Notes: generated by a model not told the origin, from the sequence alone. Positions 1 to 8,521 are shown, numbered from the stretch's first letter. The stretch: 32,000 nt of DNA from an uncultured Opitutales bacterium (GCA_934613415.1 CAKTSY010000005.1:120001-152000); one strand, 5' to 3'. Numbers and translations are program-made.

Positions 1-33
1 ACGAAGCCAAAGGCAAAGATTTGTGGCTAAGAA

Positions 34-2325
34 ATGATTAGAAAAAGAAAACATTCAAAAAAGCCCCTGCTAACAACGGCGGCAAAATCGGTTATTTTCA
101 AGAAGAAAACGCTTCTCGGCGTTTTGTTTGTAATACTAACTTCCATTGTTTGCGACACGATATGCTTTTTCGGGAATTCGAGAACGCAGGCGCAGTTTGT
201 AATAAACCGCCCCGACAATTCCCCCATTATATCGACAATAAACTTTTCGTATACAAGCGACATTATCACAAAAAAGAGGCGCGACCAAAACGCCGATATG
301 ATTGTCCCTTCGTACAAGATAGACGAAAAGTCGCTTAACGATTTCGACACGGCAATTAACGCCCTTTTAAAAGAATTTGGCGAAATAGAAAAAAGCTATG
401 CGAAGTTGTCGGCGGAACAAAAAACGCAGTCGAAAACCTACGACGACTTTGCCGAAACTTTAAGGAAAACCGCAAGGGTAAATATAAACCCCGCCGATTT
501 GCAGATTATTCTTGAAAACACGAACGACGACGACTTTGCCAAAAAGTTCAAATACGCGGCATTCCCCTGCAAAAACATATTAAAAAGCGGCGTTTACGCC
601 GATTCAGACCCGACTTTTACCTCGAAAGCGGCGTCGAACATAAATTTTGCAAACATAGACGGCAAGCGAAGCGAGTCGCAGGCAAGGCGCGAGCTTAGGC
701 GCAACATAAATGCCATAGGCTATAACGAGAATCTTTCGCACGCGCTCTTTAGGGTGTTTTCTAATATGATTCGCCCGAACATTGCCTACGACGAAGAAAC
801 CACAGTAAAAAATAAAACCGAGGCGAGAAACGCCGTAAAACCCGTTGTTGTTCAGGTAAAAGAAGGCGATATTATAGCCGAGTCTACAAAAGACATTCTG
901 CCGCTTGTTCAGGAAAAAATAATAGAGTATCGCAAGGCGCTTGCGGCCGCCAAAAAGGCTTCCGACAAGATGGGGCTTGGCTCGCTTAGCAATTTTACAA
1001 TTTCGATATTCCTAATTTCGGCTGCGGCCTTGTTTATAACAGTTAGCAAAAACCCGAAAAGCAAAAGAAAGCAGACAATTTTTTCGTTTGTAACTTTGCT
1101 TATATTAAACCTTTTGTTTATAAGATTTTTTATAGACTTTACCGAAAAGGCAACGCTTTTGGGATCGTCTAGCCTTGTGTATTTTGCATATGCTTTGCCC
1201 GTGCTTATAGGCCCCGTAATTCAGGCTTTGATTGCAACGGCGTATACGGGGTTTGTGCTTTCGCTTATGCTATGCGCGTTTTCGACCATAATGATAGGCG
1301 AAAGCTTAGAGTTCTTTATAATAGCATTTATTGCAACGCTTGCCTCGGTTTACGCCTGCGAAAAGGCAACATCTAGAAACAGGATAATGTGGAGCTGCTT
1401 CTTTTCGGGCGTAATAGTAAGTTTGGGTTGCCTTTTTACAAATATGGCAGAAAACGAAAATTTAGAGACAATTGCAATACAGTCGCTAAACGCGGTTATT
1501 GTCGGCTTTGTTTCGGGGCTTATAATTTTGGGCGTGTTGCGCTGGTTCGAGCAAATGTTCGATTCGTGTTCCAACATTACGCTTTTCGGGCTTAGCGACT
1601 ATTCTAACAACCTTTTAAGCGAGCTGCAAAGAGACGCGCCCGGAACCTTTTTGCACAGCATAATGGTTTCGCAACTGGCAGAACGAGCCGCCAAGGAAAT
1701 AAAGGCAAACTATATGCTTTGCAGGGTTGGCGCGCTTTACCACGACATTGGCAAAATAACAAAACCGCACTTTTTCTCTGAAAACCAAAGAGGTATGGAC
1801 AACCCCCACGACGGACAAAGCCCGTCCATGTCGGCGTTGATAATTAAAAACCACATATCCGAAGGCAGGGAAAAGGCCGAAGACAACAATTTGCCGCGCC
1901 AAATTTGCGACATAATTCAGCAGCACCACGGCACTTCTATAATCAGCTATTTCTACGCAAAAGCGCAAAAGGCGGTTGCCGAAACAAAGCAAAGCAACCT
2001 TGAAAACGCCCTGCGTATGGCGGGCGTAGACGAAAGCACCTACCGCTACGACGGCCCCAAGCCACAAAGCGCAGAAGCCGCTATTATTATGCTTGCCGAC
2101 TCTTGCGAAGCGGCGTCGCGCAGTCTAAAAAAGGTTTCGCCGCATTCGGTAGACGAGCTTATAACAAAAATATTCCACGCAAAAATGACCGACGGGCAGC
2201 TAGACGATGCTCCCATAACCGTAAAACAGCTTACAAAGATAAGAGAGTCGTTTGCGTTTTCGCTACTTAACATATACCACACGCGCGTTGAATACCCCGA
2301 CGATGCAAAACAGAAAAGGAAATAA
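34..2325 (+). CDS. 7TM receptor with intracellular HD phosphohydrolase domain (PgpH/YqfF-like), 763 aa
   Basis: ATG at 34. N-terminal signal-anchor helix, then a ~300 aa soluble (extracytoplasmic) region, then a block of multiple hydrophobic helices (aa ~320-520). C-terminal HD domain has motifs GALYHDIGK, IIQQHHGTS and ADSCEAASRS. The architecture matches the 7TMR-HD family. Confidence 0.85.
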   Translation: MIRKRKHSKKPLLTTAAKSVIFKKKTLLGVLFVILTSIVCDTICFFGNSRTQAQFVINRPDNSPIISTINFSYTSDIITKKRRDQNADMIVPSYKIDEKSLNDFDTAINALLKEFGEIEKSYAKLSAEQKTQSKTYDDFAETLRKTARVNINPADLQIILENTNDDDFAKKFKYAAFPCKNILKSGVYADSDPTFTSKAASNINFANIDGKRSESQARRELRRNINAIGYNENLSHALFRVFSNMIRPNIAYDEETTVKNKTEARNAVKPVVVQVKEGDIIAESTKDILPLVQEKIIEYRKALAAAKKASDKMGLGSLSNFTISIFLISAAALFITVSKNPKSKRKQTIFSFVTLLILNLLFIRFFIDFTEKATLLGSSSLVYFAYALPVLIGPVIQALIATAYTGFVLSLMLCAFSTIMIGESLEFFIIAFIATLASVYACEKATSRNRIMWSCFFSGVIVSLGCLFTNMAENENLETIAIQSLNAVIVGFVSGLIILGVLRWFEQMFDSCSNITLFGLSDYSNNLLSELQRDAPGTFLHSIMVSQLAERAAKEIKANYMLCRVGALYHDIGKITKPHFFSENQRGMDNPHDGQSPSMSALIIKNHISEGREKAEDNNLPRQICDIIQQHHGTSIISYFYAKAQKAVAETKQSNLENALRMAGVDESTYRYDGPKPQSAEAAIIMLADSCEAASRSLKKVSPHSVDELITKIFHAKMTDGQLDDAPITVKQLTKIRESFAFSLLNIYHTRVEYPDDAKQKRK

Positions 2326-2328
2326 TTT

Positions 2329-3375
2329 ATGCAATTCACGGCTAAAGAACTTACAACCATATTCGAAAATTCGGCTTTCGAGGGCGACTTAAACGCCACG
2401 ATAAGCTCCATAGCAAGCCTAGAAGCGGCAACCGAAAACGACCTTAGTTTTTTGGGCAACAAAAAATATTCGCACTTAGTTCCCGAAACAAAGGCAAAGA
2501 TTTTGCTTTTGCCAAATTCGTATAAGGGTAAGCTTCCCGAAAACGCGTCTATTTTCAGAGCCGAAAACCCGTCGGCAGAGCTTTCTAAGCTTTGTGCAAT
2601 TTTGGAAAAGCAACTAAGGCCTGCCCCGAAAGCGGGCTTTGTGCACCCTACCGCGGTAATTTCGCAAACGGCTAAAATAGACCCTACCGCCCACATTGGC
2701 GCGCTTTGCATTGTCGAAGACGGAGCCGTTATAGGCAAAAACACGGTACTGCAGGCACATAACTATATTGGGCGCAACGCCTCTTTGGGTGAAGACTGTT
2801 TCCTTATGCCAAATGCCGTTGTTATGGACAGATGCGTTCTTAAAGACCGCGTAAGGCTGCAACCGGGGGTTGTTATAGGTTCGGACGGCTACGGCTACGA
2901 ATTTGTAAACGGCCAGCACACAAAAGTTCCGCAAATAGGCATTGTATGCGTTCAAGACGATGTTGAAATAGGGGCAAACACCTGCATAGACAGGGCAAGG
3001 TTCGACAAGACTTTGATTGGCCAGGGAACCAAAATAGACAACCTTGTGCAGATTGCGCACAATGTGCAAACGGGTCAAGGGTGTCTGTTTGTTTCGCAAG
3101 TTGGCATTTCGGGCAGCACAAAGCTTGGCAACTATGTAGTATTAGGCGGGCAAGTCGGCGTAGCCGGCCACCTAAATATAGGCGACGGCGTTATGCTCGG
3201 CGGCCAAAGCGGCGTAAACGGCGACATTCCCGCAGGCTCGTATATGCGCGGCACGCCGCCTATGCCCTACGTAAAGGCGCACAAAGTAGACATTATAAAA
3301 ACGAAGCTGCCCGAAATTTTAGACCGTCTAAGAGACGTGGAAAAGCACTTGGGCATAAGCAAAAAAACTTTCTAA
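2329..3375 (+). CDS. lpxD: UDP-3-O-acylglucosamine N-acyltransferase (lipid A biosynthesis)
   Basis: 348 aa. N-terminal LpxD-type domain (LSFLGNKKY). Long run of hexapeptide repeats (IG.N..I....[12 protein letters not shown]) typical of the left-handed beta-helix acyltransferase. ATG lies 3 nt after the upstream stop and is preceded by AAAGGA. Confidence 0.93.
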   Translation: MQFTAKELTTIFENSAFEGDLNATISSIASLEAATENDLSFLGNKKYSHLVPETKAKILLLPNSYKGKLPENASIFRAENPSAELSKLCAILEKQLRPAPKAGFVHPTAVISQTAKIDPTAHIGALCIVEDGAVIGKNTVLQAHNYIGRNASLGEDCFLMPNAVVMDRCVLKDRVRLQPGVVIGSDGYGYEFVNGQHTKVPQIGIVCVQDDVEIGANTCIDRARFDKTLIGQGTKIDNLVQIAHNVQTGQGCLFVSQVGISGSTKLGNYVVLGGQVGVAGHLNIGDGVMLGGQSGVNGDIPAGSYMRGTPPMPYVKAHKVDIIKTKLPEILDRLRDVEKHLGISKKTF

Positions 3376-3386
3376 CAAACAAAACG

Positions 3387-3420
3387 AAAGCCCCCTGCAA
3401 AATTCTTAGGGGGCTTTTTT
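3387..3420. terminator. Bidirectional rho-independent terminator between convergent lpxD and eno
   Basis: Stem AAAGCCCCCT / AGGGGGCTTT with an 11-nt loop. A T-run follows on the plus strand, and TTTCGTTTTG follows on the minus strand. Confidence 0.65.
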
Positions 3421-3451
3421 GTGCAATAAATTTTGGCTTTTGCCAAACACT

Positions 3452-4753
3452 CTAGCCGAACACAGCCGAATTGCCCAAAAGCTCTTGTATCTTTAAAAGG
3501 CGATTGTATTTTGCGGTTCTGTCGCACCTGCTTAGCGAACCCGTTTTTATTTGTCCTGAATTTACGCCCACGGCCAAGTCGGCAATAAAGGTATCGGCAG
3601 TTTCGCCCGAGCGGTGCGAAATTATGCACTTATAGCCTTTCTTCTTTGCATACGATATAGCCTGCATTGTTTCGCTTAGTGTGCCAACCTGATTGGGCTT
3701 TATAAGAACTGCGTTTGCAACGCGCTTTTCTACCGCCTCTTTTATGTAACGCATATTTGTAACCATTAGGTCGTCGCCAACCAACTGGGTGTTTTTGCCG
3801 AGTTTTTCGGTTAAAATTTGCCAGCCTTTCCAGTCGTTTTCGGCGCAACCGTCTTCTATTGAAATTATAGGGTAGCGTCTTTTAAGCGCAACCAAATATT
3901 CTACCATTTGCGCGGAATTCAAACGCATACCTCCCGATTTTTTAAAGACGTATTCGCCGCTTTTTTCGTCGTAAAATTCGGAAGACGCAACATCTAGCGC
4001 AAAGAAAAACTCTTTGCCCAAAGTGTAGCCCGCATCGCTTACGGCGTTTGCTATAATGTCTAAAGCCTCTTCGGTGCTGCGGACGTTTGGGGCAAAGCCG
4101 CCCTCGTCGCCTACCGCGGTAGAATAGCCCGATTTTTTAAGCACCATTTTTAGAGTCTGAAAAACCTCTGCAGCTGCCCTAATCGCTTCGGGAAAAGTGG
4201 CAAAACCTTTGGGCACTATCATAAACTCCTGAATGTCTACGGGTGCATCGCTATGGGCGCCCGCGTTTAAAACGTTCATCATAGGCACGGGCAACACGTT
4301 TGCGTTTATGCCGCCTAAATATCTAAAAAGCTCTATATCTAAAGACCTTGCCGCAGCCCTTGCACACGCAAGCGAAACCGCCAAAATGGAGTTTGCCCCC
4401 AGTTTCGATTTGTCGGCAGTGCCGTCTAGCTCTATCATTGTAGAATCTATTTTGCCTTGGTCATAAACGTCTATACCCGAAATAGCCTTAGATATTTTGC
4501 CGTTTACATTTGCAACTGCCGCCAACACTCCGCGCCCTAAAAATCTTTTTTTTGCAAGTTTATTCAGTTTTTTATCCTTAAAGTGTGCGTTGCCGTCGCG
4601 CAACTCCAACGCCTCTTTTTGACCGGTCGAAGCCCCGCTTGGCACGGCGGCCTCGGCGGAAATGCCATTGTCTAAAAAAACTTCGGCCAACACCGTTGGG
4701 TTTCCGCGCGAGTCTAAAATTTCGCGCGCCTTTACGCATTTTATTTTGTTCAT
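3452..4753 (-). CDS. eno: Enolase (phosphopyruvate hydratase), 433 aa
   Basis: Full-length collinear similarity to bacterial enolases (ILDSRGNPTV, SGASTG, DIQEFMI, AVGDEGGFAP, SIEDG, LVGDDL, SHRSGET, GQIKTGS). The true start is the ATG at 4753 (MNKIKCVKAREILDSRGNPTV). The track ORF extends 70 codons further upstream with no enolase-like sequence. Confidence 0.95.
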   Translation of the reverse strand: MNKIKCVKAREILDSRGNPTVLAEVFLDNGISAEAAVPSGASTGQKEALELRDGNAHFKDKKLNKLAKKRFLGRGVLAAVANVNGKISKAISGIDVYDQGKIDSTMIELDGTADKSKLGANSILAVSLACARAAARSLDIELFRYLGGINANVLPVPMMNVLNAGAHSDAPVDIQEFMIVPKGFATFPEAIRAAAEVFQTLKMVLKKSGYSTAVGDEGGFAPNVRSTEEALDIIANAVSDAGYTLGKEFFFALDVASSEFYDEKSGEYVFKKSGGMRLNSAQMVEYLVALKRRYPIISIEDGCAENDWKGWQILTEKLGKNTQLVGDDLMVTNMRYIKEAVEKRVANAVLIKPNQVGTLSETMQAISYAKKKGYKCIISHRSGETADTFIADLAVGVNSGQIKTGSLSRCDRTAKYNRLLKIQELLGNSAVFG

Positions 4754-4834
4754 ATATAAAATTTCGTAAAAAAAAGGCTTTGCTAAAATATTTTTGGCTT
4801 GCCCGATAAAATACGCGGTGCGAAATTTAAAAAT

Positions 4835-5212
4835 ATGACTACTATAGAAAACGAATATTTTGCAAAGAAACTGGGTTTTGAAATTGTAGAAAGAAAGCCC
4901 GATTTTGTGAAAATTAAAGCCACACCGAAAAACGACGACACAAACGCCTTGGACTTGGTGCACGGCGGCTTTTTATTTTCTATGGCAGACTATTGCGCGG
5001 CATTGCTTGCAAACCAAAACGGCAAAAAGGCAGTTTCGTGCAACGCAAACATTTTGTACATAAAACCCGCAAAGCCACTTTACGAAATTTTTGCAAAGGC
5101 TAAAACCGTTTTAGAAAACGAAAAAACTTTGGTTGCCCTTGTGGAAATTGCCTGCGAAGGCGAAACACTGGCTACAATGCAAACGCAGCTTATAGTTAAA
5201 AAATCACTCTAA
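4835..5212 (+). CDS. PaaI/YbgC-type hotdog-fold thioesterase, 125 aa
   Basis: Motif LVHGGFLFSMADYCAA plus size typical of PaaI-family thioesterases. The track ORF starts at a TTG (4799), so I prefer the first ATG at 4835 (MTTIENEYF). Confidence 0.7.
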   Translation: MTTIENEYFAKKLGFEIVERKPDFVKIKATPKNDDTNALDLVHGGFLFSMADYCAALLANQNGKKAVSCNANILYIKPAKPLYEIFAKAKTVLENEKTLVALVEIACEGETLATMQTQLIVKKSL

Positions 5213-5626
5213 AACTATTTTGCGAGTTTGCCCGTTTAGCGTAAACTTAAGTTTGTAGGCGTTTGGGGGTATAAAATCGGCAATCATTTCGGGCCACTCT
5301 ACGCAAATAATGGTAGGGTTTGCCGCAAGCTCGTCTATAAGAAAATCGCTTGGGTCGAAGCTGCCTTTAATGCGGTAGGCGTCTATATGTACAAGTCCTT
5401 CGGGATAAATATTGCAAATGTTAAACGATGGGCTTTTTACCTGCGCTTTTACGCCCAATGCCTTGGCTACGGCTCTTACAAAGGCGGTTTTGCCCGCGCC
5501 TAAGTCGCCGCTTAGGGTTATAAAGGCATCTTTTTCTATCTGCTGGGCAAAGGCTGTGGCAACGCGCTCGGTATCTTCAAGCGAGTTCGATATAAAACCT
5601 TTTTTTAGCTCTTCCTTTGCGTCCAT
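5204..5626 (-). CDS. tsaE: tRNA threonylcarbamoyladenosine (t6A) biosynthesis ATPase TsaE
   Basis: 140 aa. Walker A GDLGAGKT followed by F.R, SPSFN, DAYR and CVEWPE, which are typical of YjeE/TsaE. Confidence 0.85.
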   Translation of the reverse strand: MDAKEELKKGFISNSLEDTERVATAFAQQIEKDAFITLSGDLGAGKTAFVRAVAKALGVKAQVKSPSFNICNIYPEGLVHIDAYRIKGSFDPSDFLIDELAANPTIICVEWPEMIADFIPPNAYKLKFTLNGQTRKIVLE

Positions 5627-5636
5627 TTAAAGTACA

Positions 5637-5673
5637 TAAAAAAACGTGCGCAAACCGTTAAAATTTGCGCACG
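5637..5673 (-). terminator. Rho-independent terminator downstream of the aminotransferase gene
   Basis: Minus strand reads CGTGCGCAAA-loop-TTTGCGCACG followed by TTTTTTT. Confidence 0.65.
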
Positions 5674-5683
5674 CCTTACAAAA

Positions 5684-6871
5684 CTATTTGCTTAGCTTTG
5701 CGCAAAAACGCGCAATTCTTTCAAGACCCTTTTCTATTACGGTGTCGGAAACCGCATAGCTAAAGCGAACGTAGTTGTCGGCACCAAATGCCACGCCTGG
5801 GACTATTGCCATAAGCTCTTCTTCCAACAGCTTCGAGCAAAATTCCGACGACGACATTTTAAACGCCGAAATGTTCGGGAATAGATAAAATGCGCCATTG
5901 GGAGTGTTGCAGGTAATGCCGTCTATGGCGTTTAACCCCGCAAGCATTTTTCTTCTTCTTTCGTCGAACTTTTGCAACATCGCCTTTATCGATTCCGCCG
6001 CTTTGTCGGCATTTTTAATTGCGCTTAATGCGCCGTATTGGGCAAATGTTGTAGCGTTAGATGTCGTTTGGCTTTGAAGGTTTGCAACCGCCTTTGATAT
6101 ATCGTCGGGTGCGCAAACCGTGCCAAGCCTCCAGCCAGTCATTGCATACGACTTGCTAAAGCCCGAGGCAACAATCGTTCTTTGCTGCATTTCTTCCGAA
6201 ACCGCCGCTATCGACTGAGTAGTCGTGCCATCGTATACCAAGTTTTCGTAAATTTCGTCCGACAATACAAAGAAGTCGTGCTTAATTGCCAAGTCGGCAA
6301 TAGCCTTTAGCTCTTCTTTTGTATAAACCGAGCCTGTCGGGTTAGACGGGCTGTTCAAAATTAAAAGCTTTGTGTTGGGCGTTATTGCCTTTTCTATGTT
6401 CTCTATTGTGGGTTTAAAATCGGTAGTGTCGTCGGAATATACAAACACGGGTTTTGCCCCCGCCAATTTCACCATTTCGGGATAGCTTACCCAATAGGGA
6501 GCGGGAATAATAATTTCGTCGCCAATACCGCACACCGCCAAAATAGACAAGTAGCACGCAAACTTGCCGCCGGGGCAAACAATCATATTTGCGGCTTTAA
6601 TATCTTTAAGGTTTTTCTTTTCGTTATACATATCGGCCAACGCGCTTCTCAATTCGGGAAGCCCCGCCGAATTTATGTATTTTGTAGCTCCGCCCATCAA
6701 GGCTTTTACGCAATCGTCTTTAATAAAGGCGGGGGTATCGAAATCGGGTTCGCCCGTTCCGAAACCGCAAACGTCTTTGCCTGCGGCTTTCAAAGCCTTT
6801 GCTTTTGCGTCGACCGCCAAGGTCGGCGAAGGAGAAATATTTCTTGCCCAGTCAGATAATCTATTTTTCAT
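5684..6871 (-). CDS. Pyridoxal-phosphate-dependent aminotransferase class I (aspartate aminotransferase-like), 395 aa
   Basis: Motifs GEPDFDTP, NSPSNPTG and SGFSKSYAMTGWRLG (PLP-lysine region), plus family length. The track start at 6892 is a TTG, so I prefer the ATG at 6871 (MKNRLSDWARNISPSPT). Confidence 0.9.
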   Translation of the reverse strand: MKNRLSDWARNISPSPTLAVDAKAKALKAAGKDVCGFGTGEPDFDTPAFIKDDCVKALMGGATKYINSAGLPELRSALADMYNEKKNLKDIKAANMIVCPGGKFACYLSILAVCGIGDEIIIPAPYWVSYPEMVKLAGAKPVFVYSDDTTDFKPTIENIEKAITPNTKLLILNSPSNPTGSVYTKEELKAIADLAIKHDFFVLSDEIYENLVYDGTTTQSIAAVSEEMQQRTIVASGFSKSYAMTGWRLGTVCAPDDISKAVANLQSQTTSNATTFAQYGALSAIKNADKAAESIKAMLQKFDERRRKMLAGLNAIDGITCNTPNGAFYLFPNISAFKMSSSEFCSKLLEEELMAIVPGVAFGADNYVRFSYAVSDTVIEKGLERIARFCAKLSK

Positions 6872-6885
6872 AGTTTTAAGAGCAA

Positions 6886-6914
6886 ATTTCAAAGCCTATT
6901 TGCAAAAATTGCAA
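6886..6914 (-). promoter_or_regulatory. Candidate sigma70-like promoter for the aminotransferase gene
   Basis: Minus strand reads TTGCAA-17 nt-TGAAAT, with the -10 ending 14 nt before the ATG. No SD in between. Confidence 0.3.
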
Positions 6915-7050
6915 CAATTATATGCCGTTTTTTACCAGGCTTAACTAAAAAAGATAGGCTTTCTACAATTTTGTAGAATTTATATTGCCTCTAAAAAAAT
7001 ATTTGCACGCGCAAAAAATTTGCGCCGTTCGTTTTTATGAGGTATAAAGA

Positions 7051-7083
7051 AAATAAAAAAGGTTCGGCAAAAAAACCGAACCT
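7051..7083 (-). terminator. Rho-independent terminator downstream of the histone-like gene
   Basis: Minus strand reads AGGTTCGG-8 nt loop-CCGAACCT followed by TTTTTTATTT. Confidence 0.65.
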
Positions 7084-7111
7084 ATATAAAAACTAAAAAA
7101 ACCGTATGCTA

Positions 7112-7477
7112 CTATTTTTTGCAGGAGCACTTTTTGCAGCATTTTTTAGCGGGGGCTTTCTTTGCTACCGCCTTCTTTGCAACGGGCTTTTTTGCAACTA
7201 CTTTTTTAGCCACAGCCTTTTTAGCTACCGCCTTCTTTGCGGGAGCTTTCTTGGCAACCGCCTTTTTTGCCACCGCTTTTTTAGCGACAACTTTTTTGGC
7301 AACTGCTTTTTTAGCGGGGGCTTTCTTTGCTACCGCCTTCTTTGCCACTGCCTTTTTTGCTACAACTTTCTTAGCGGGGGCCTTTTTTGCAACGGGCTTT
7401 TTAGCCACCGCTTTTTTGGCTACCGCCTTCTTTGCGGGAGCTTTTTTTGCAACTGCTTTTTTCTTTGCTACTGCCAT
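7112..7477 (-). CDS. Lys/Ala-rich pentapeptide-repeat basic protein (histone H1 / Hc2-like nucleoid protein), 121 aa
   Basis: 22 consecutive [A/V/P][V/P]AKK pentads, then the C-terminal tail [12 protein letters not shown] start, own terminator, TATAAT just upstream. Composition matches bacterial histone H1-like proteins. The strongly periodic frame favours this strand over the two antisense low-complexity ORFs. Confidence 0.75.
   Translation of the reverse strand: MAVAKKKAVAKKAPAKKAVAKKAVAKKPVAKKAPAKKVVAKKAVAKKAVAKKAPAKKAVAKKVVAKKAVAKKAVAKKAPAKKAVAKKAVAKKVVAKKPVAKKAVAKKAPAKKCCKKCSCKK
7142..7474 (-). repeat. 15-bp periodic coding tandem repeat (pentapeptide array) with a higher-order 165-bp duplication
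   Basis: 15-nt periodicity throughout. An identical 39-nt block occurs at 7142-7180 and 7307-7345, which are exactly 11 pentads apart. Confidence 0.85.
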
Positions 7478-7482
7478 AATGT

Positions 7483-7513
7483 ATTATAGTTTTTAGTGTT
7501 AGTGTTGTGTGAA
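7483..7513 (-). promoter_or_regulatory. Candidate promoter of the histone-like gene (perfect TATAAT 5 nt from the ATG)
   Basis: Minus strand reads TTCACA-19 nt-TATAAT-ACATT-ATG. The -35 spacing is long, so only the -10 is convincing. Confidence 0.3.
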
Positions 7514-7848
7514 TATCCGCAAGCAAAAGCGTTTGCGCCCTTGCCGCGAAATTTTAAAAAAGCGTTGCAACATATTTTGTTTGGCAAACCCGACACCTTT
7601 ACAGCCCCCGACTTTGCATCGGAATTTTGAAAACCGCTATAAAAATATTTTGTCATTAAAGGCCGATTTTTTAGAAGTGCTACTGCCAAATTTGTTTTCT
7701 CTTTTCTGAATATGAAAATTTAAGAACAAAAACTCAAGCATAAATTTTTACAACACCGCAAAAATTTTTGCGGAATTTTTTGCGGATTAAACGCGCGCGA
7801 AAAATTCGCAAAACAAAATTTCGGCCCATACAAAAAACGTAAAAAAGC

Positions 7849-7877
7849 TTTACGAAAAATCTTTTAGCCAGCATAAT
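7849..7877 (+). promoter_or_regulatory. Candidate promoter of tmk-holB
   Basis: TTTACG-17 nt-CATAAT, with the -10 ending 8 nt before the ATG at 7886. No SD. Confidence 0.35.
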
Positions 7878-7885
7878 TTTACACA

Positions 7886-8521
7886 ATGAAAAAATCTATG
7901 TTCATTTCGTTTGAAGGCGGCGAAGGCTGCGGCAAAAGCACGCACATAAAATCGCTTTGCGAATTTTTAAAACAGCGCGGCATAGACTGCGTTGTTGTAA
8001 GGGAACCCGGCGGCAATACAATTTCGGAGAGAATTAGGAAAATCCTTTTAGACGGCAAAAAATCGGCAAATATGTGCCCTAAAACCGAACTTTTGCTTTT
8101 TGCGGCTGCCAGGGCGCAACTTGTAAACGAAGTGATAAACCCCGCATTATGCGCGGGCAAATGCGTTATTTCCGACAGGTTCTACGACTCTACAATGGCA
8201 TATCAGGGAGCTGCGCGAAAACTGGACATAAGCGAAGTAAAATATATAAACGACTTTGCAGTTTCGGGCACTATGCCCCAGCTTACGCTGTTGCTAGACA
8301 TTCCCGTACAAGAGGGGCTTAGGCGAGCCAGCATACGCGACAACGACCAAGCCGACAGAATGGGCTCGCAAAACATTTCGTTTTACAACGACGTAAGAAA
8401 CGCGTTTTTGCAGGCGGCAAAAGAAAATCCGAAACGCTTTGCCGTTATAGACGTTTCGGGCAGCAAAGAGGAAACTTTTGCAAAAATAACAAAGGCGGTA
8501 ATCGAAAAATTTGCACTATGA
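7886..8521 (+). CDS. tmk: Thymidylate kinase
   Basis: 211 aa. P-loop FISFEGGEGCGKST, the DRF/Y motif (SDRFYDST) and a lid region. Confidence 0.93.
   Translation: MKKSMFISFEGGEGCGKSTHIKSLCEFLKQRGIDCVVVREPGGNTISERIRKILLDGKKSANMCPKTELLLFAAARAQLVNEVINPALCAGKCVISDRFYDSTMAYQGAARKLDISEVKYINDFAVSGTMPQLTLLLDIPVQEGLRRASIRDNDQADRMGSQNISFYNDVRNAFLQAAKENPKRFAVIDVSGSKEETFAKITKAVIEKFAL

Noticed and set aside
2046-2744. 232-aa minus-strand ORF spanning the 7TM-HD/lpxD junction, with similar antisense ORFs at 1615-2067 and 2614-3099
   Set aside because: It is entirely antisense to two genes with strong family signatures. The sequence is low-information and Ala/Ser-rich with no motifs. Long shadow ORFs are frequent throughout this window, so length alone is not evidence.
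3081-3455. 124-aa Arg/Lys-rich plus-strand ORF overlapping the 3' end of lpxD in another frame
   Set aside because: It is out of frame inside a well-supported gene and runs through the bidirectional terminator. Its composition is a frame-shift artefact of GC-rich codons.
4754-4963. 70-codon N-terminal extension of the enolase ORF in the track
   Set aside because: Enolase homology begins exactly at the internal ATG at 4753 (MNKIKCVKAREILDSRGNP). The extension is Phe/Lys-rich noise and overlaps the divergent thioesterase promoter region.
7106-7496. Two plus-strand ORFs (127 and 125 aa) covering the pentapeptide-repeat locus
   Set aside because: All frames stay open because of the 15-bp repeat. 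The plus-strand products are Phe/Leu/Cys/Gly low-complexity sequences. The minus frame gives a coherent AKK pentad protein with an ATG, a TATAAT box and a terminator.
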